From Mobula hypostoma (Eukaryota), in assembly GCF_963921235.1 (NCBI RefSeq), contig NC_086109.1, forward strand, positions 7,690,001 to 7,754,000: DNA of 64,000 bases, written 5' to 3'. Position 1 is the first letter of the stretch, and each line of letters begins with the position of its first letter. The translations under genes were made by a program, and so were the position numbers. Below, in pieces: positions 1 to 12,679 of the stretch. Under the pieces are notes generated by a model, which was given only the letters and a program-made list of their open reading frames with translations, did not search any database and was not told the origin of the DNA.

Positions 1-295
1 TCTGCAGAAGTGGTTTGCCATTGCCTTCTGGGCAGTGTCTTTACAAGACGGGTGACCCCGGCCATTATCAATACTCTTCAGAGATTGTCTGCCTGGCGTC
101 AGTGGTCGCATAACCAGGACTTGTGATCTGCACCGGCTGCTCATACGACCGTCCACCACCTGCCCCCATGGCTTCACATGACCCTGATCAGGGGCTAAGC
201 AGGTGCTACACCTTGCCCAAGGGTGACCTGCAGGCTAGCGGAGGGAAGGAGCACCTTACAGCTACTTTGGTAGAGACGTATCGCCACCGCGCCAC
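1..295 (-). mobile_element. Non-autonomous RTE-derived (bipartite) retroelement, family A, cut by the window edge
   Basis: Same sequence recurs at about 4650, 28085, 35070 and 49170. It carries GAAGGCAATGGCAAACCAC, which resembles the BovB/Bov-A/Sauria-SINE RTE motif. Confidence 0.75.
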
Positions 296-1001
296 CTGAA
301 AAGCACATATAATTACGATAGCAGTAAACGGACAATCACACAGAAAAAAAATAGTAATCTCGCCCGGTCCCTGAGTGTCATGTCCTGTAGGTTGATGGTG
401 CATGGGATGTTGTTGGGAAGAACGAGCATGCAGCATGCTGATCATCTCACGTTGGTGCGGCCCCAGACGAAAGCACCGAGTCTTCAACAGAGCAAACACT
501 GAAGGGCAGCACCAACAGGAGGGGTCAGCCCCCCACTCAGCAGACAGCATTAAGCTGGAAAGAGTGCAGAAGAGGGTATTGCCCGGACTTGAGAGACTCA
601 GTTACCTGGAGAAGTTGAGCAGGTTGAAACTTTATTCATTGGACTGAGGGGTGATATTACAGAAGTGTACAAAATCATGTGGGGCATAGATAGGTATTAG
701 AAATTGGAACTGAAATTGGTTTGCCTTTGTTACTTATACCAAGATACATCTGTACTCCTTGCAATCAACACCGATATTCTATTCACTGTTGCAGACTCAC
801 AGAGCTGTAAAGCACAGTACCTAAAGCTTGTTTTGTTCTTGTATACTGTCCATACAGATCAGATCACTGCACTGTGCATTGAGGTAGAACAAGGTGAAGC
901 AATAACAACATAGAATAAAGGGTAAAGTCTGTGGTGTCTTATGGTCTTATCCACAGAGAAAATGCTCTGCAGGCAGATAATAAGGTGCAGGGTCATAATG
1001 A

Positions 1002-1398
1002 GACCATAAGACAGAGGAGAGGAGAGGAATTAGAGAATTCTGATCATCAAGACTGCTTCAACATTCAATCATGGCTGATTTATGATTCCTCTCAACCCCA
1101 TTCTAAGGCCTTCTCCCCATAACCTTTAATGCCCCAACTGATCAAAAACCTATCAACCTCTGCTTTAAGTACACCCAATAACCCGACCTCCAATGAATTC
1201 CACAGATTCACCACACTCTGGCTGAAGAAATTCCTCCTTATCTCTGTTCTAAATGGATGCCCCTCTATTCTAAGGCAGTGCTCGCTGGTCCTAGACTTAC
1301 CCATTATAGGAAACATCCTCTCCATATCCACTCTACCTGAGCCTTTCAATATTCAATAGGTTTCAATGAGATCCCCCATCATTTTTCTAATCTCCACC
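1002..1398 (-). mobile_element. CR1 LINE 3' end (HER1-like)
   Basis: Minus-strand ORF gives the CR1 C-terminus (RNFFSQSVVNLWNSL...KGYGEKA), followed by the typical 3' UTR. Confidence 0.85.
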
Positions 1399-3380
1399 GA
1401 AAATTTCTTCAGAAACATAAAGTGTAAAAGAGAGGCAAGAGTGGATATCAAACCGCTAGAAAATGATGCTGGAGAGGTAGTAATGGGGGATAATAAAATG
1501 GCGGATAAACTGAGTAAGTATTTTGCAACACACATCAAAGTTGCTGGTGAACGCAGCAGGCCAGGCAGCATCTCTAGGAAGAGGTACAGTCGACTGAAAC
1601 GTCTCTTCCTAGAGATGCTGCCTGGCCTGCTGTGTTCACCAGCAACTTTGATGTGTGTTGCTTGAATTTCCAGCATCTGCAGAATTCCTGTTGTTTAAGT
1701 ATCTTGCATCAGTCTTTACTGTGGAAGACTCTAACAGTATGGTGCAAGTTCCAGGTGTCAGGGATCACGAAGTGAGTGAAGTTACGACAACTAGAGAGAA
1801 GATTCTTGGGAAAATAAAAGGTCTGATGGTAGATAAGTCACCTGGACCAGATGGTGTACACTTGGGTTCTGAAAGAGGTGGCTGAAGAGATCGTGAAGGC
1901 ATTGGTAGTGATCTTTCAAGAATCACTAGATTCTGGAATATTTCTGGAAGACTGGAAAATTGCAAATGTTACTCCACTCTCCTAGAAGGAGAGAGGCAGA
2001 AGAAAGGAAACTACAAACTAAGCCAGTAAGTCTGACCTCAGTGATAGGGAAGATGTTGGAGTTGATTATTAAGGATGAGGTCTTAGGGTAATTGGAGGCC
2101 ATGATAAAATAGGCTGTATTCAGCATGGTTTCCTCAAGGGAAAATCTCACCCGATAAGTTTGTTAGAATGCTTAGAAGAAATCACAGGCAGGATAGATAA
2201 AGGAGAATTGGTTGATGTTGTCTACTTGGATTTTCAGAAGGCCTTTGACATGGTGCCACATATAAGGCTGTTTAATAAGCTACGAGCCCATGGTATTATA
2301 GGAGAGATACTAGCATGGATAAAGTAGTGGCTGACAGGCAGGAGGCAAAGAATGGGAATAAAGGGAGCCTTATCTGGCTTGCTGCCGGTGACTAGTGGTG
2401 TTCCATGGGGTTATGTGTTAAGACCAACTCTTTTTACGTTACACGTCAATGATTTGGATGATGGAATTGATGGCCTAATTGCACAATTTACAGATGATAT
2501 GAAGATAGGTGGAGGGGTAGGAAGTTTTGAAGAAGTGGAGAGGTGACAGAAGGACTTAGACAGATTAGGAGAATGGGCAAAGAAATGGCAGACAGAATAT
2601 AATCTCAAGAAGTGTACATTCATGCATGTTGTAGAAGAAATTAAAGGGTTGACCGTTTTCTAAATGGAGAGAAAAAAAAACTGATGTGCAAGAGGACTTG
2701 GGATTCCCTAAAGGTTAATTTGCAGGTTGAGTCTGTGGTGAGGAAGGCAAATGCAATGTTAGTGTTCATTTCAAGAGGACTAGAATATAAAAGCAAGGAT
2801 GTAGCGTTGAGACTTTATAAAGCACTGGTGAGGCCTCATTTGGAGTACTGTGAGCAGTTTGGGGCCCCTTATCTTTCAAAGGATGCGCTAAAACTGGAGG
2901 GAAGTCAAAGGAGGTTCACAAAGATGATTCCAGGATTCCAGCTTGTCATATGAAGAACGTCTGATGGCTCTGGGCCTGTATTCACTGGAATTCAGAAGAA
3001 TGAGGGGTGACCTCATTGAAAACTATCAAATGGTGAAAGGCCTTGATAGAGTAGAGGTGGAGAGGATGAGTCTAAGATGACAGGACACAGCCTCAGAATA
3101 GAGGGGTGTCCTTTTAGAATGGAGACGAGGAGCTAGAGAGTGGTGAATCTGTGGAATTCTTTGCCACACGCAGCTATGGAGGCCAAGTCGTTATTTATAT
3201 TCAAGGCAGACACTGATAATGTAGATTCTTGATTGGTCAGACCATGAAGGAATGTGGAGAGAAGGCAGGAGATTGGGGCTGAGAGAAAAAATGGATTAGC
3301 CGTGATGAAATAGCATAGCAGATCTGATGGACCAAATGGCCTAATTCTGCTCCTATAACTTTTGGCTTTATGTTCTTATA
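1399..3380 (+). mobile_element. Degenerate CR1 LINE ORF2 (linker + RT + 3' UTR)
   Basis: Broken frames encode KSPGPDG, VTSGVP, FTDD and LVRPHLEYC. The tail reads ttatgttcttat. Interrupted at 1525-1695. Confidence 0.9.
1525..1695. mobile_element. Penelope pLTR-derived fold-back insertion
   Basis: 59-bp inverted arms at 1525-1583 and 1603-1661 (1 mismatch), then a tail. TSD TAAGTAT(T/C)TTGCA at 1515-1527 and 1696-1708. Sequence matches the Penelope ends at 33.8 kb and 60.2 kb. Confidence 0.85.
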
Positions 3381-4469
3381 AGTTTACTGCATTAAGAACT
3401 TATGATGTTTTTCTGATTCATTCTCAGATTTACTCTTGCTCAATTGTATCTGTGAGTGCTACACAAGTCAAGGTCCTGGAATTTGGACACTATATCGTGA
3501 ATCCCATGTTCTGTTGAGTGGAGTTTGGCTTTCTGCTGAATTGTGTGTTTCCCATTTCACACACAAGGAGAGCAGTACAGTAGGTGCATGCCATTGTTTG
3601 GTGTTTCCCTGTGTGCTCCTGGTTTTCTAACTGACTTTCAAACAAAAGCTGGAAACTTAAATAATTTCTCAACTTAATAAATCTTGATAATTTAACAGAT
3701 CAATATCATTATCAAGCTGAGGGAAATGGGAGTGTTCAGTGCCAATACTGAGTAAAATACTAAAGTTTCACTGATTGCAAACTTGTCGAATCCAGAACTT
3801 TGCACACTGCCAAACCAAGGATTGCTTTATAAAACTTTGATGGATTTTGGTTTTCAAATTAGACAGAGAAACAGTATGACAAATTCCTCTTGGTAATGGA
3901 TGACTCTGCAGCTCTAAGTTCATGTGTTCTTGTGAAGAATTTGATGCCAATTTTTTTTTTAGAAATAGTACTAATTTCAATTTCTGCATCTCTTAGTTTG
4001 TTCTTAATTATCTCCATAAAACTCAGAACATCAATGACCTGGAAAATTCTGGAAATTGCAAGCTGAACTGTCAACGGCATTAATTGCCACGCGGGCTCGC
4101 AAGTCCCAAGCTTACTGGTCATGTACAACCAGGCATTCCTTGGCTGGACTCCCAGCACCAGCATCCGTCACTGGGAGAAGCAGGGGTTTCTGAGATTCCG
4201 CAGAACCTTGGGCTGAGGAACCTCCTGCCTGAAAAACGGCCAGGCTAGCTCTGCGCAGTATCCATATGTTGGCTGATTTCACAGGGAATTACAGGGCAGT
4301 TTTACGGAAAGTTACAATGAAAGTTTCTTGAATATGTCTATGAAAAAGATACATTTTCCTCCCTGTTTCCCGCAAACCCTTGGAACATGACTACTCAGAG
4401 GAGATAAAGAGTATTTGACACTAGCTCAGCCTGGGAGCACACAAAGGTCTTGGATAAACAGCAAAAGGA

Positions 4470-4627
4470 GGGCACTACCTCACAAGCAAACCCGTCCACC
4501 TGTCCCACCTCTTGCCTCAACTGTGGAAGAGTCTACGGTTCCCAACTGGACTCAATGACCACCTCACAATCTACACAACTGGCGTGGAAATATGTCATCT
4601 TCACTTCTAAGGGTTGACGAAGAAGAA
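4470..4627 (+). mobile_element. Old RTE LINE 3' end relic
   Basis: Degenerate C2H2-like stretch (C.NCGRV.GSQ.G...H) followed by a short UTR ending in (GAA)n. Confidence 0.45.
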
Positions 4628-4649
4628 TTTGATTGTCCTTGAGGGTAGC

Positions 4650-4972
4650 AGTGTGGAGATGCATCTCTACCAAAGGAGGTCACCCTTGGGCAAGGTGTAG
4701 CTCCTGCTTAACCCCTCAATCAGGGTCACGTGAAGCTTTGGGAGCAGGCGGTGGATAATCGTATGAGCAGCCAGTGCATATCACAAGTCTTGGTTATGCA
4801 GACAATCTCTAAAGAGTATTGATAATGGCTGAGGTCACCCGTCTTGTAAAGACACTGCCCAGAAGAAGGCAATGGCAACCACTTCTGTAGAGAAAATTTG
4901 CCAAGAATACTCTTGGTCAGGAAAGATCATATTCGCCCATGTCGTACAACAGGGCACATCACGTACGAATGA
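4650..4972 (+). mobile_element. Family A non-autonomous RTE derivative
   Basis: Aligns to 35070-35440 with an internal deletion. The 3' end resembles an RTE C-terminus (..IAHV.RHGT*). Confidence 0.75.
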
Positions 4973-5319
4973 TTAATAAAACAAAGAGAGGGTGCAGTGG
5001 AGATTTACCAAGATGCTGCCTGGATTAGGAGAACATGTCTTATGAGGATAGGTGGAATGAGCTAGGGCTTTTCTCTGCGGAGCAAATAAGGATGAAAGGT
5101 AATTTGATAGAGTTTTACAAGATAATAAGGTGTGTGTGTGACCTCCGTCGGTCATGGTCGACCATGGGTACTGCGCCTCTGGTAGTCACTGGGGAGTGGC
5201 CTCTCCAGGGTGCAAGCCAGGGCAGAGTTGATATGGAGATCCATTTGTTGCCCATGCAGTGCCCCCCCCCCTCCATGCTGATGACAGGTACAAAGGACCT
5301 GTATTTGACACTATTTTCC

Positions 5320-6735
5320 ACGTATTGATTGGGATTTCCATACTGTTAAAGGTCTAGACAGGTTAGAGTTTGTAAAATGTGTTCAGGAAAGTTTTCTAAT
5401 TCAATATATAGAGGTACCAACTAGAGAGGATGCAACTAGATATCTCCTATTAGGAAATGAGTTAGGACAGGTGACGAAAGTGTGTGTAGGGCAACTCTTT
5501 GGTTCCAGTGATCATAACACCATTAGTTTCAGCTTGATCATGGATAAAGATAGATCTGGTCCTCAGGTTGAGGTTCTAAACTGGAAAAAGGCCAAATTTG
5601 AAGAAATGAGAAAGGATCTAAAAAGCGTGGATTGGGACAGGTTGTTCTCTGGCAAGGATGCGATTGGTAAGTGGGAGGCTTTCAAAGCAGAAATTTTGAG
5701 AGTGCAGAGTTTGTATGTTCCTATCAGGATTAAAGGCAAAGTGAATAAGAATAAGGAATCTTGGTTCTCAAGGGATATTGGAACTCTTATAAATAAGAAG
5801 AGAGAGATATATGACATGTATAGGAAACAGGGAGCAAATAAGGTGCTTGAGGAGTATAAAAAGTGCAAAAAGATACTTAATAAAGAAATCAGGAGGGCTA
5901 AAAGAAGACATGAGGTTGCTTTGGCAGTCAAGGTGAAGGATAATCCAAAGAGCTTCTACAGGTATATTAAGAGCAAAAGAATAGTAAAGGATAAAATTGG
6001 TCCCCTTGAAGATAAGAGTGGTCGGCTAGGTATGAAACCAAAAGAAATGGGGAAGATCTTAAATGGTCTTTTTGTGTCTGTATTTACTATGGAAACTGGC
6101 ATGGAGTCAATGGAAATAAAGGGAAACAAGTAGTGAGGTCATGGAACCTATACAGATTGAGGAGGAGGAGGAGGTGCTTGCTATCTTGAGGCAAATCAGA
6201 GTAGATAAATCCCCAGGACCTGACAGGATATTCCCTTGGATCTTGAAGGAGACTAGTGTTGAAATTGCAGGGGCCCTGGCAGATATATTTAAAACGTCGG
6301 TGTCTACGGGTGAGATACCGGAGGATTGGAGGATAGCTCATGCTGCTCCGTTATATAAAAAAGGCTCTAAAAGTAATCTGGGAAATTATAGGCCAGTAAG
6401 TTTGACGTCGGTAGTAGGTATTATTGGAAGGAGTACTGAGAGATAGGATCTACAAGTATTTGGATAGACAGGACTTATTAGGGAGAGTCAACATGGCTTT
6501 GTGCGTGGTAGGTCATGTTTAACCAATCTATTAGAGTTTTTCGAGGAGGTTACCGGGAAAGTGGATGAAGGGAAGGCAGTGGATGTTGTCTACATGGACT
6601 TCAGTAAGGCCTTTGACAAGGTCCCGCATGGGAGGTTAGTTAGGAAGATCCAGTTGCTAGCTATACATGGAGAGGTAGTAAATTGGGTTAGACATTGGCT
6701 CAATGGAAGAAGCCAGAGTGTGGTAGTGGAGGCCT
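5320..6735 (+). mobile_element. CR1 LINE ORF2 fragment (end of endonuclease, linker, start of RT)
   Basis: ORFs 5471-6133, 6141-6446 and 6501-6761 contain SDHN, KSPGPD, NYRPVSLTS and [11 protein letters not shown]. Highly similar to 52071-53150. Confidence 0.92.
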
Positions 6736-7162
6736 CCCACATTCCGAAGAACGACAGATAAAGATAGTAAGTTATGGACATGCTATGTGGAAGCCGGAAT
6801 TGTGGTCTGCCCCCAACACATTGGACTGTGTTGGTTGTTGATGCAAACGACACATCTCACTGCATGCTTTGATGTTTCAATGTACATGTGACAAATAAGA
6901 CTTATCTTTTAATCTTATCTAGCCTCTCCTTATAACTCAAGCCCTCCAGTCCCAATAAAATCTTTATAAATCTTATTGTTGTACCCTTTCCCGTTTATCA
7001 TGGCATGCCCCCTGCAGCAGGGATGCCAGAATTGTACGCAGTATTCCAAACATGGCCTTAGTAAAAGCTTGCACATTAAAGGGAACATACTGCAAACTGA
7101 TCAACCGGTAACTTGCCAGTGCAATTAACTCTCCAAGTATTTATAAGCTCACTTCGACTTTC

Positions 7163-7700
7163 AAATGCGTAGAAAGCACACTTCTAGGGTGCATCACAAC
7201 CTGGTATGGAAGTTGTCCCGTCCAAGACCGGAAGAAGCTGCAGAAGATCGTGAACACAGCGCAGCACATCACGCAAACCAATCTTCTGTCCGTGGACTCA
7301 CTTTACACCGCACGCTGTCGGAGCAGTGCTGCCAGGATAATCAAGGACACGACCCACCCAGCCAACACACTTTACGTCCCTCTTCCCTCCAGGAGAAGGC
7401 TCAGGAGCTTGAAGACTCGTACGGCCAGATTTGGGAACAGCTTCTTTCCAACTGTGATAAGACTGCTGAACGGATCCTGACCGGGATCTGGGCCATACCC
7501 TCCAAATATCCAGACCTGCCTCTCGGTTTTTTTGCACTATCTTACTTTCCCTTTTCTATTTTCTATTTATGATTTATAATTTGAATTTTTCATATTTACT
7601 ATTGATTTGTACTCCAGGGAGCGGGAAGTGCAGAATGAAATATCACTGTGATGATCGTACGATCTAGTATCAATTGTTTGGCGACAATAAAGTATAAGTA
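7163..7700 (+). mobile_element. Rex1/Babar LINE 3' end
   Basis: Encodes IIKDTTHPAN..LPSRRRLRSLKTRTARFGNSFFPTVIRLLN*. Tail CAATAAAGTATAAGTA. Near-identical to 42820-43363. Confidence 0.88.
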
Positions 7701-7704
7701 ACGT

Positions 7705-8668
7705 CGAAGACAGCATAAGAGCCAAAAAAGAGGGCATACAAATTAATGGGAAGTTACGTAGCTGATTGAGAAGCTTTTAAAAGTCAATAGAAGGCAAAAA
7801 CGATCAGTTGCTTTCCCAAAGCATATGATGGATAAACCCTTCTCAGGCTGCCAGCCAGGTACAGGTATCGATTATAACCAACGTTTCGATGACAAACTCC
7901 ATCCCTGATGAAGACGGTGGAGTTGGTCATCAATATGTTGGTTACTATGGATACCTGTACTCGGCTTGAAGCCAGAGAAGAGTTTATTCGTCAACAGAAA
8001 GCAATTAAAAAAGCAACAAAGAGAGAAAATATTAAATTTGAAGGGAAGCTCGCCAATAATATATGACGATACCAAAAGTCTTTTTCAGAAATATAAAGAG
8101 TAAAAGAGAGACAATTGGTAAACAGGTTTTTGGAAACTGACACTGGAGAGGAAGTAATGGAGGAAGTTAATAAATATTTTGCATAATTTTTCACTGTAGA
8201 AGACACTAGCTGTATGCCAGAAATTCATGGGGCTGAAGAGAGTGTTGTTGCTATTACTAGAGAGAAGGTGTTTGGGAAGCTGAAAGGTCTGAAGTTGGAT
8301 AAATTACCTGGACTAGATGGACAACAACCAAAGGTTCTGAAAGCAGTGAGAAGATTGTGAAGGCTTTACTAATGATCTTTCAAAAATCACGAGATTCTGG
8401 AATGGTTCCAGAGGACAGGAAAATTGTAAATGTCACTAAAGTTTTCAGAAGAGAGAGAGGCAGAAGAAAGGAAATTATAGGCCAGTTAGCCTGACTTCAG
8501 TGGTTGGAAAGATGTTGGAGTCCATTACGAGGGATGATATTTCAGTGTACTTGAAAAGACATGATAAAATAGGCCAAAGTCGGCAAGGTTTCCTTAAGAA
8601 TCTTGACTAATAAATCTGTTGGAATTCTTTGAGGAACTAACAAGCAGGGTACACAAAGGAGAGTCAGT
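7705..8668 (+). mobile_element. Old CR1 ORF2 fragment, interrupted at 7798-7990
   Basis: Degenerate match to the other CR1 copies ([13 protein letters not shown] region at about 8470-8510). Confidence 0.8.
7798..7990 (-). mobile_element. Small fold-back Penelope-like element with hammerhead motifs (family P2)
   Basis: Imperfect inverted arms at about 7826-7900 and 7918-7993. CTGATGA core on the plus strand and GAAACGTT on the minus strand. Imperfect TSD TCAA(T/C)AGAA(G/A)GCAA at 7784-7797 and 7991-8004. Second copy at 29877-30104. Confidence 0.7.
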
Positions 8669-10216
8669 GTTCAGGAAGGTGGGAGTCTGCAATTTGAGAG
8701 GGAGAAGCCAAGTCAGATGTATCAGTATCATAATGGAATAAAGGGAATTGCAGAGGTGCAAGAGAAGAGCTTGCCCAGTTGGATTGGAGGGGGATGATGG
8801 AAGAGCAGAGCTGGCTGAAGTTTCTGGGAATAATTCACAAGTTACAGGAACAAATTCCCACAGAAGTTCTCAAATGGCAGGGCTAGGCAACCATGACTGA
8901 CAAGGGAAGTTAAGGACTGCATAAAAACCAAGAAAAGGACATATAATGTAGCAAAAGTGAGTGGGAAGTTGGGTGATTGAGATATTTTAAAAATCTAACA
9001 AAAGGCAACTAAAAATCCATAAGCAGGGAAAAGATGAAATATGAGTGCAAACTAGCCAATAATGTAAAGTAGGATACTAAAAGATTTTTCAGTTATACGA
9101 AGAGTAAAAGAGAGGTGAGAGTTGATATTGAACCACTGGAAAATTATGCTGGTGAGGTAGTAATGGGGGACAAAGAAATGGCAGATAAACTTAATGAATA
9201 CTTTGCTTCAGTCTTTACAGTGGAAGACACTAGCAGTGTGCCAGAGATCTATGAGTATCAGGAAGCAGGAGTAACTGCCAATGCTATTACAAAGGAAAAA
9301 GTGCAAGACAAACTGAAAGGTCTTAAGGTGGATAAGTCACCTGGACCAGATGCATTACATCACAGAGTTCTGAAATAGGTTGCTGAAGAGATAGCAGATG
9401 CATTGGTTATGATCATTCAAGAAATACTTGATTCTGGCAGGACTGGAAAATTGCAAGTGTCACTCCACTCTTTAAGAAGGGAAGAAGGCAAAAGAAAGGA
9501 AATCATAGGTCAGTTAGCCTAACCTCAGTGTTTGGGAAAGTTTGGAGCCCATTATTAAGGATGAGGTTTCAAGACTAATGATAAAATAAGTCAAAGTCAG
9601 CGTGGTTTCTGTGAAGGGAAATCTTGCCTGACAAATCTGTTAGAGTTCTTTGAGGAAGTAACAAGCAGGGTGGAGAAAGGAGAGGGAGTGGATGTCATTT
9701 ACTTGGATTTTCAGAAGGCCTTTGATAAGTTGCCACACATGAGGCTGCTTAACAAGATAAAATCCAATGGTGTTACAGGAAAGATACTGGCATGGATGGA
9801 GGAATGGCTGGCATGCAGGAAGCAGTGAGTTGGAATAAAGGAGGCCTTTGCTGGTTGGCTGCCAGTGACTAGTGGTGTTCCTCAGGAATTAGTATTGGGA
9901 GCACTACTTTTCATATTGTTTGACAGTGGTTTAGATAATGGAATTGATGGCTTTGTGGCAAAGTTTGTGGATGATATGAAGATAGGTGGAGGGTAGGTAA
10001 TGCTGAGGAACTAATTGCAGAAGGACTCAGACAAATTGGAACAATGGGCAAATAGTGGCAGATGGAACACAGTGTTGTGAAATGTATGATAATTCTTTTT
10101 GGTAAAAGGAACAAAAGTGCAGACTATTATCTAAATAGTGAGGAAGTTCAAACATCAGAGGTATAAAGTGCAAGACTTCCAGAAGGTTAATTTACACGTT
10201 GAGTTCCTGGTAAAGA

Positions 10217-10694
10217 TTTACTAGAATGTTACCTGGATTTCATCTCCTAAGTTACAGAGAAAGGTTGAACAAGTTGGGTCTTTATTCTTTGGAGCGTAGA
10301 AGGTTGAGGGGGGACTTGATAGAGGTGTTTAAAATTATGAGGGGGATAAATAGAGTTGACATGGATAGGCTTTTTCCATTGAGAGTGGGGGAGATTCAAA
10401 CAAGAGGACATAAGTTGAGAGTTAAAGGGCAAAAGTTTTGGGGTAACATGAGGGGGAACTTCTTTACTCAGAGAGTGGTAGCTGTGTGGAATGAGCTTCC
10501 AGCAGAAGTGGTTTAGGCAGGTTCGATGTTGTCATTTAAAGTTAAATTGGATAGCTATACGGACTGGAAAGGAATGGAGGGTTATGGGCTGAGTGCAGGT
10601 CGGTGGGACTAGGTGACAGTAAGAGTTCGGCACGGACTAGAAGGGCCGAGATGGCCCGTTTCTGTGCTGTAATTGTTATATGGTTATATGTTTA
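10217..10694 (+). mobile_element. Young 5'-truncated CR1 3' end (nested)
   Basis: Open frame 10226-10516 (GLYSLERRRLRGDLIEVFK...FFTQRVV..WN.LP), tail TTATATGG repeats, short TAAAGA duplication at the flanks. Confidence 0.88.
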
Positions 10695-10879
10695 TAAAGA
10701 AGGCTAATGCAATGTTGGAATTTATTTCAAGGAGAATAGAATATAAAATGAAGGAGGTAATGCTAAGGCTTTATAAGACACTGGTCAGGCCGCACTTAGA
10801 GTATTGTCAACAGTTTTGGACCCTATATCTCAGAAAGGATATGTTGTCATTGTTGAGAGTCTAGAGGAGGTTCACAAGG

Positions 10880-12117
10880 ATTTGGAAAGCGGTGAAATCA
10901 TCGGACAAAGTCAGCATGGATTTGTGAAAGGAAAATCATGTCTGACGAATCTCATAGAATTTTTTGAGGATGTAACTAGTAGAGTGGATAGGGGAGAACC
11001 AGTGGATGTGGTATATTTGGATTTTCAAAAGGCTTTTGACAAGGTCCCACACAGGAGATTAGTGTGCAAACTTAAAGCACACGGTATTGGGGGTAAGGTA
11101 TTGATGTGGATGGAGAATTGGTTAGCAGACAGGAAGCAAAGAGTGAGAATAAACGGGACCTTTTCAGAATGGCAGGTGGTGACTAGTGGGGTACCGCAAG
11201 GCTCAGTGCTGGGACCCCAGTTGTTTACAATATATATCGATGACTTGGATGAGGGAATTAAATGCAGCATCTCCAAGTTTGCGGATGACATGAAGCTGGG
11301 TGGCAGTGTTAGCAGTGAGGAGGATGCTAAGAGGATGCACAGTGACTTGGATAGGTTGGGTGAGTGGGCAAATTCCTGGCAGATGCAATTTAATGTGGAT
11401 AAATGTGAAGTTATCCACTTTGGTGGCAAAAATAGGAAAACAGATTATTATCTGAATGGTGGCCGATTAGGAAAAGGGGAGGTGCAACGAGACCTGGGTG
11501 TCATTATACACCAGTCATTGAAAGTGGGCATGCAGGTACAGCAGACGGTGAAACAGGCGAATGGTATGCTGGCATTTATAGCGAGAGGATTCGAGTACAG
11601 GAGCAGGGAGGTACTGCTGCAGTTGTACAAGGCCTTGGTGAGACCACACCTGGAGTATTGTGTGCAGTTTTGGTCCCTTAATCTGAGGAAAGACATCCTT
11701 GCCATAGAGGGAGTACAAAGAAGGTTCACCAGATTGATTCCTGGGATGGCAGGACTTTCATATGAAGAAAGACTGGATGAACTGGACTTGTACTCGTTGG
11801 AATTTAGAAGATTGAGGGGGGATCTGATTGAAACGTATAAGATCCTAAAGGGATTGGACAGGCTAGATGCAGGAAGATTGTTCCCGATGTTGGGGAAGTC
11901 CAGAACAAGGGGTCACAGTTTGAGGATAAAGGGGAAGCCTTTTAGGACCGAGATTAGGAAAAACTTCTTCACACAGAGAGTGGTGAATCTGTGGAATTCT
12001 CTGCCACAGGAAACCGTTGAGGCCAGTTCATTGGCTATATTTAAGAGGAAGTTAGATATGGCCCTTGTGGCTACGGGGATCAAGGGGTATGGAGGGAAGG
12101 CTGGGGCGGGGTTCTGA
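10880..12117 (+). CDS. CR1 ORF2 reverse transcriptase domain and C-terminus (5'-truncated, no endonuclease, no native start)
   Basis: [40 protein letters not shown] and FFTQRVVNLWNSLP with no stops. The first ~25 codons of the listed 437-aa ORF come from the host CR1 read out of frame. Confidence 0.9.
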
Positions 12118-12215
12118 GTTGGATGATCAGCCATGATCATAATAAATGGCGGTGCAGGCTCGAAGGGCCGAATGGCCTACTCCTGCACCTATTTTCTATG
12201 GTTCTATGGTTCTAT
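10884..12215 (+). mobile_element. Young 5'-truncated CR1 LINE (nested)
   Basis: Uninterrupted RT frame, 3' UTR and (TTCTATGG)n tail. GATTT on both sides. Confidence 0.93.
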
Positions 12216-12679
12216 GATTTCCAGGAATGAAGGGGTTAACATATGAGGAGCGTTTGGCAGCTTTGGGCCTGTACTCACTGGAATTTAGAAGAATGCAGGA
12301 GGATCTCATTGAAATCTGCTGAATGTTGAAAGGACTAGATAAGGTGGATGCTGAGAGGATGTTTCTTATAGTGGGAGTGTCCAAAGCCAGAGGGCACAGA
12401 CTCAGAATTGAGGGGTGACCCATTAGAACAGAGGTATCGAGGAATTCTTTCAGCTAGAGGGTAGTGAATCTGTGGAATGCTGTGAAGGCCAATACCATGG
12501 GTATATTTAAAGTGAAAATTGATAGTTTCCTCTGGGTCAGGGCATCAAAGGTAATGACGAGAAGGCAGGTGTATGGAGTTGAGCGGGATCCGGGATCTGC
12601 CATGACGGAGTGGTGGAGCAGACTCGATGGACTGAATGGCCTTATTCTGCCCCTATGGTCTTATGGGCTTATGGACAGA

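Larger units (their letters stand above)
8690..12670 (+). mobile_element. Old CR1 LINE hosting two younger nested CR1 insertions
   Basis: Host segments 8690-10212, 10696-10883 and 12216-12670 are collinear along CR1 ORF2 and the 3' UTR once the inserts are removed. Confidence 0.85.

Noticed and set aside
10804..12117. 437-aa ORF as a host gene
   Set aside because: It is a 5'-truncated CR1 RT followed by a CR1 UTR and tail. The start is a non-ATG codon in the flanking older element.
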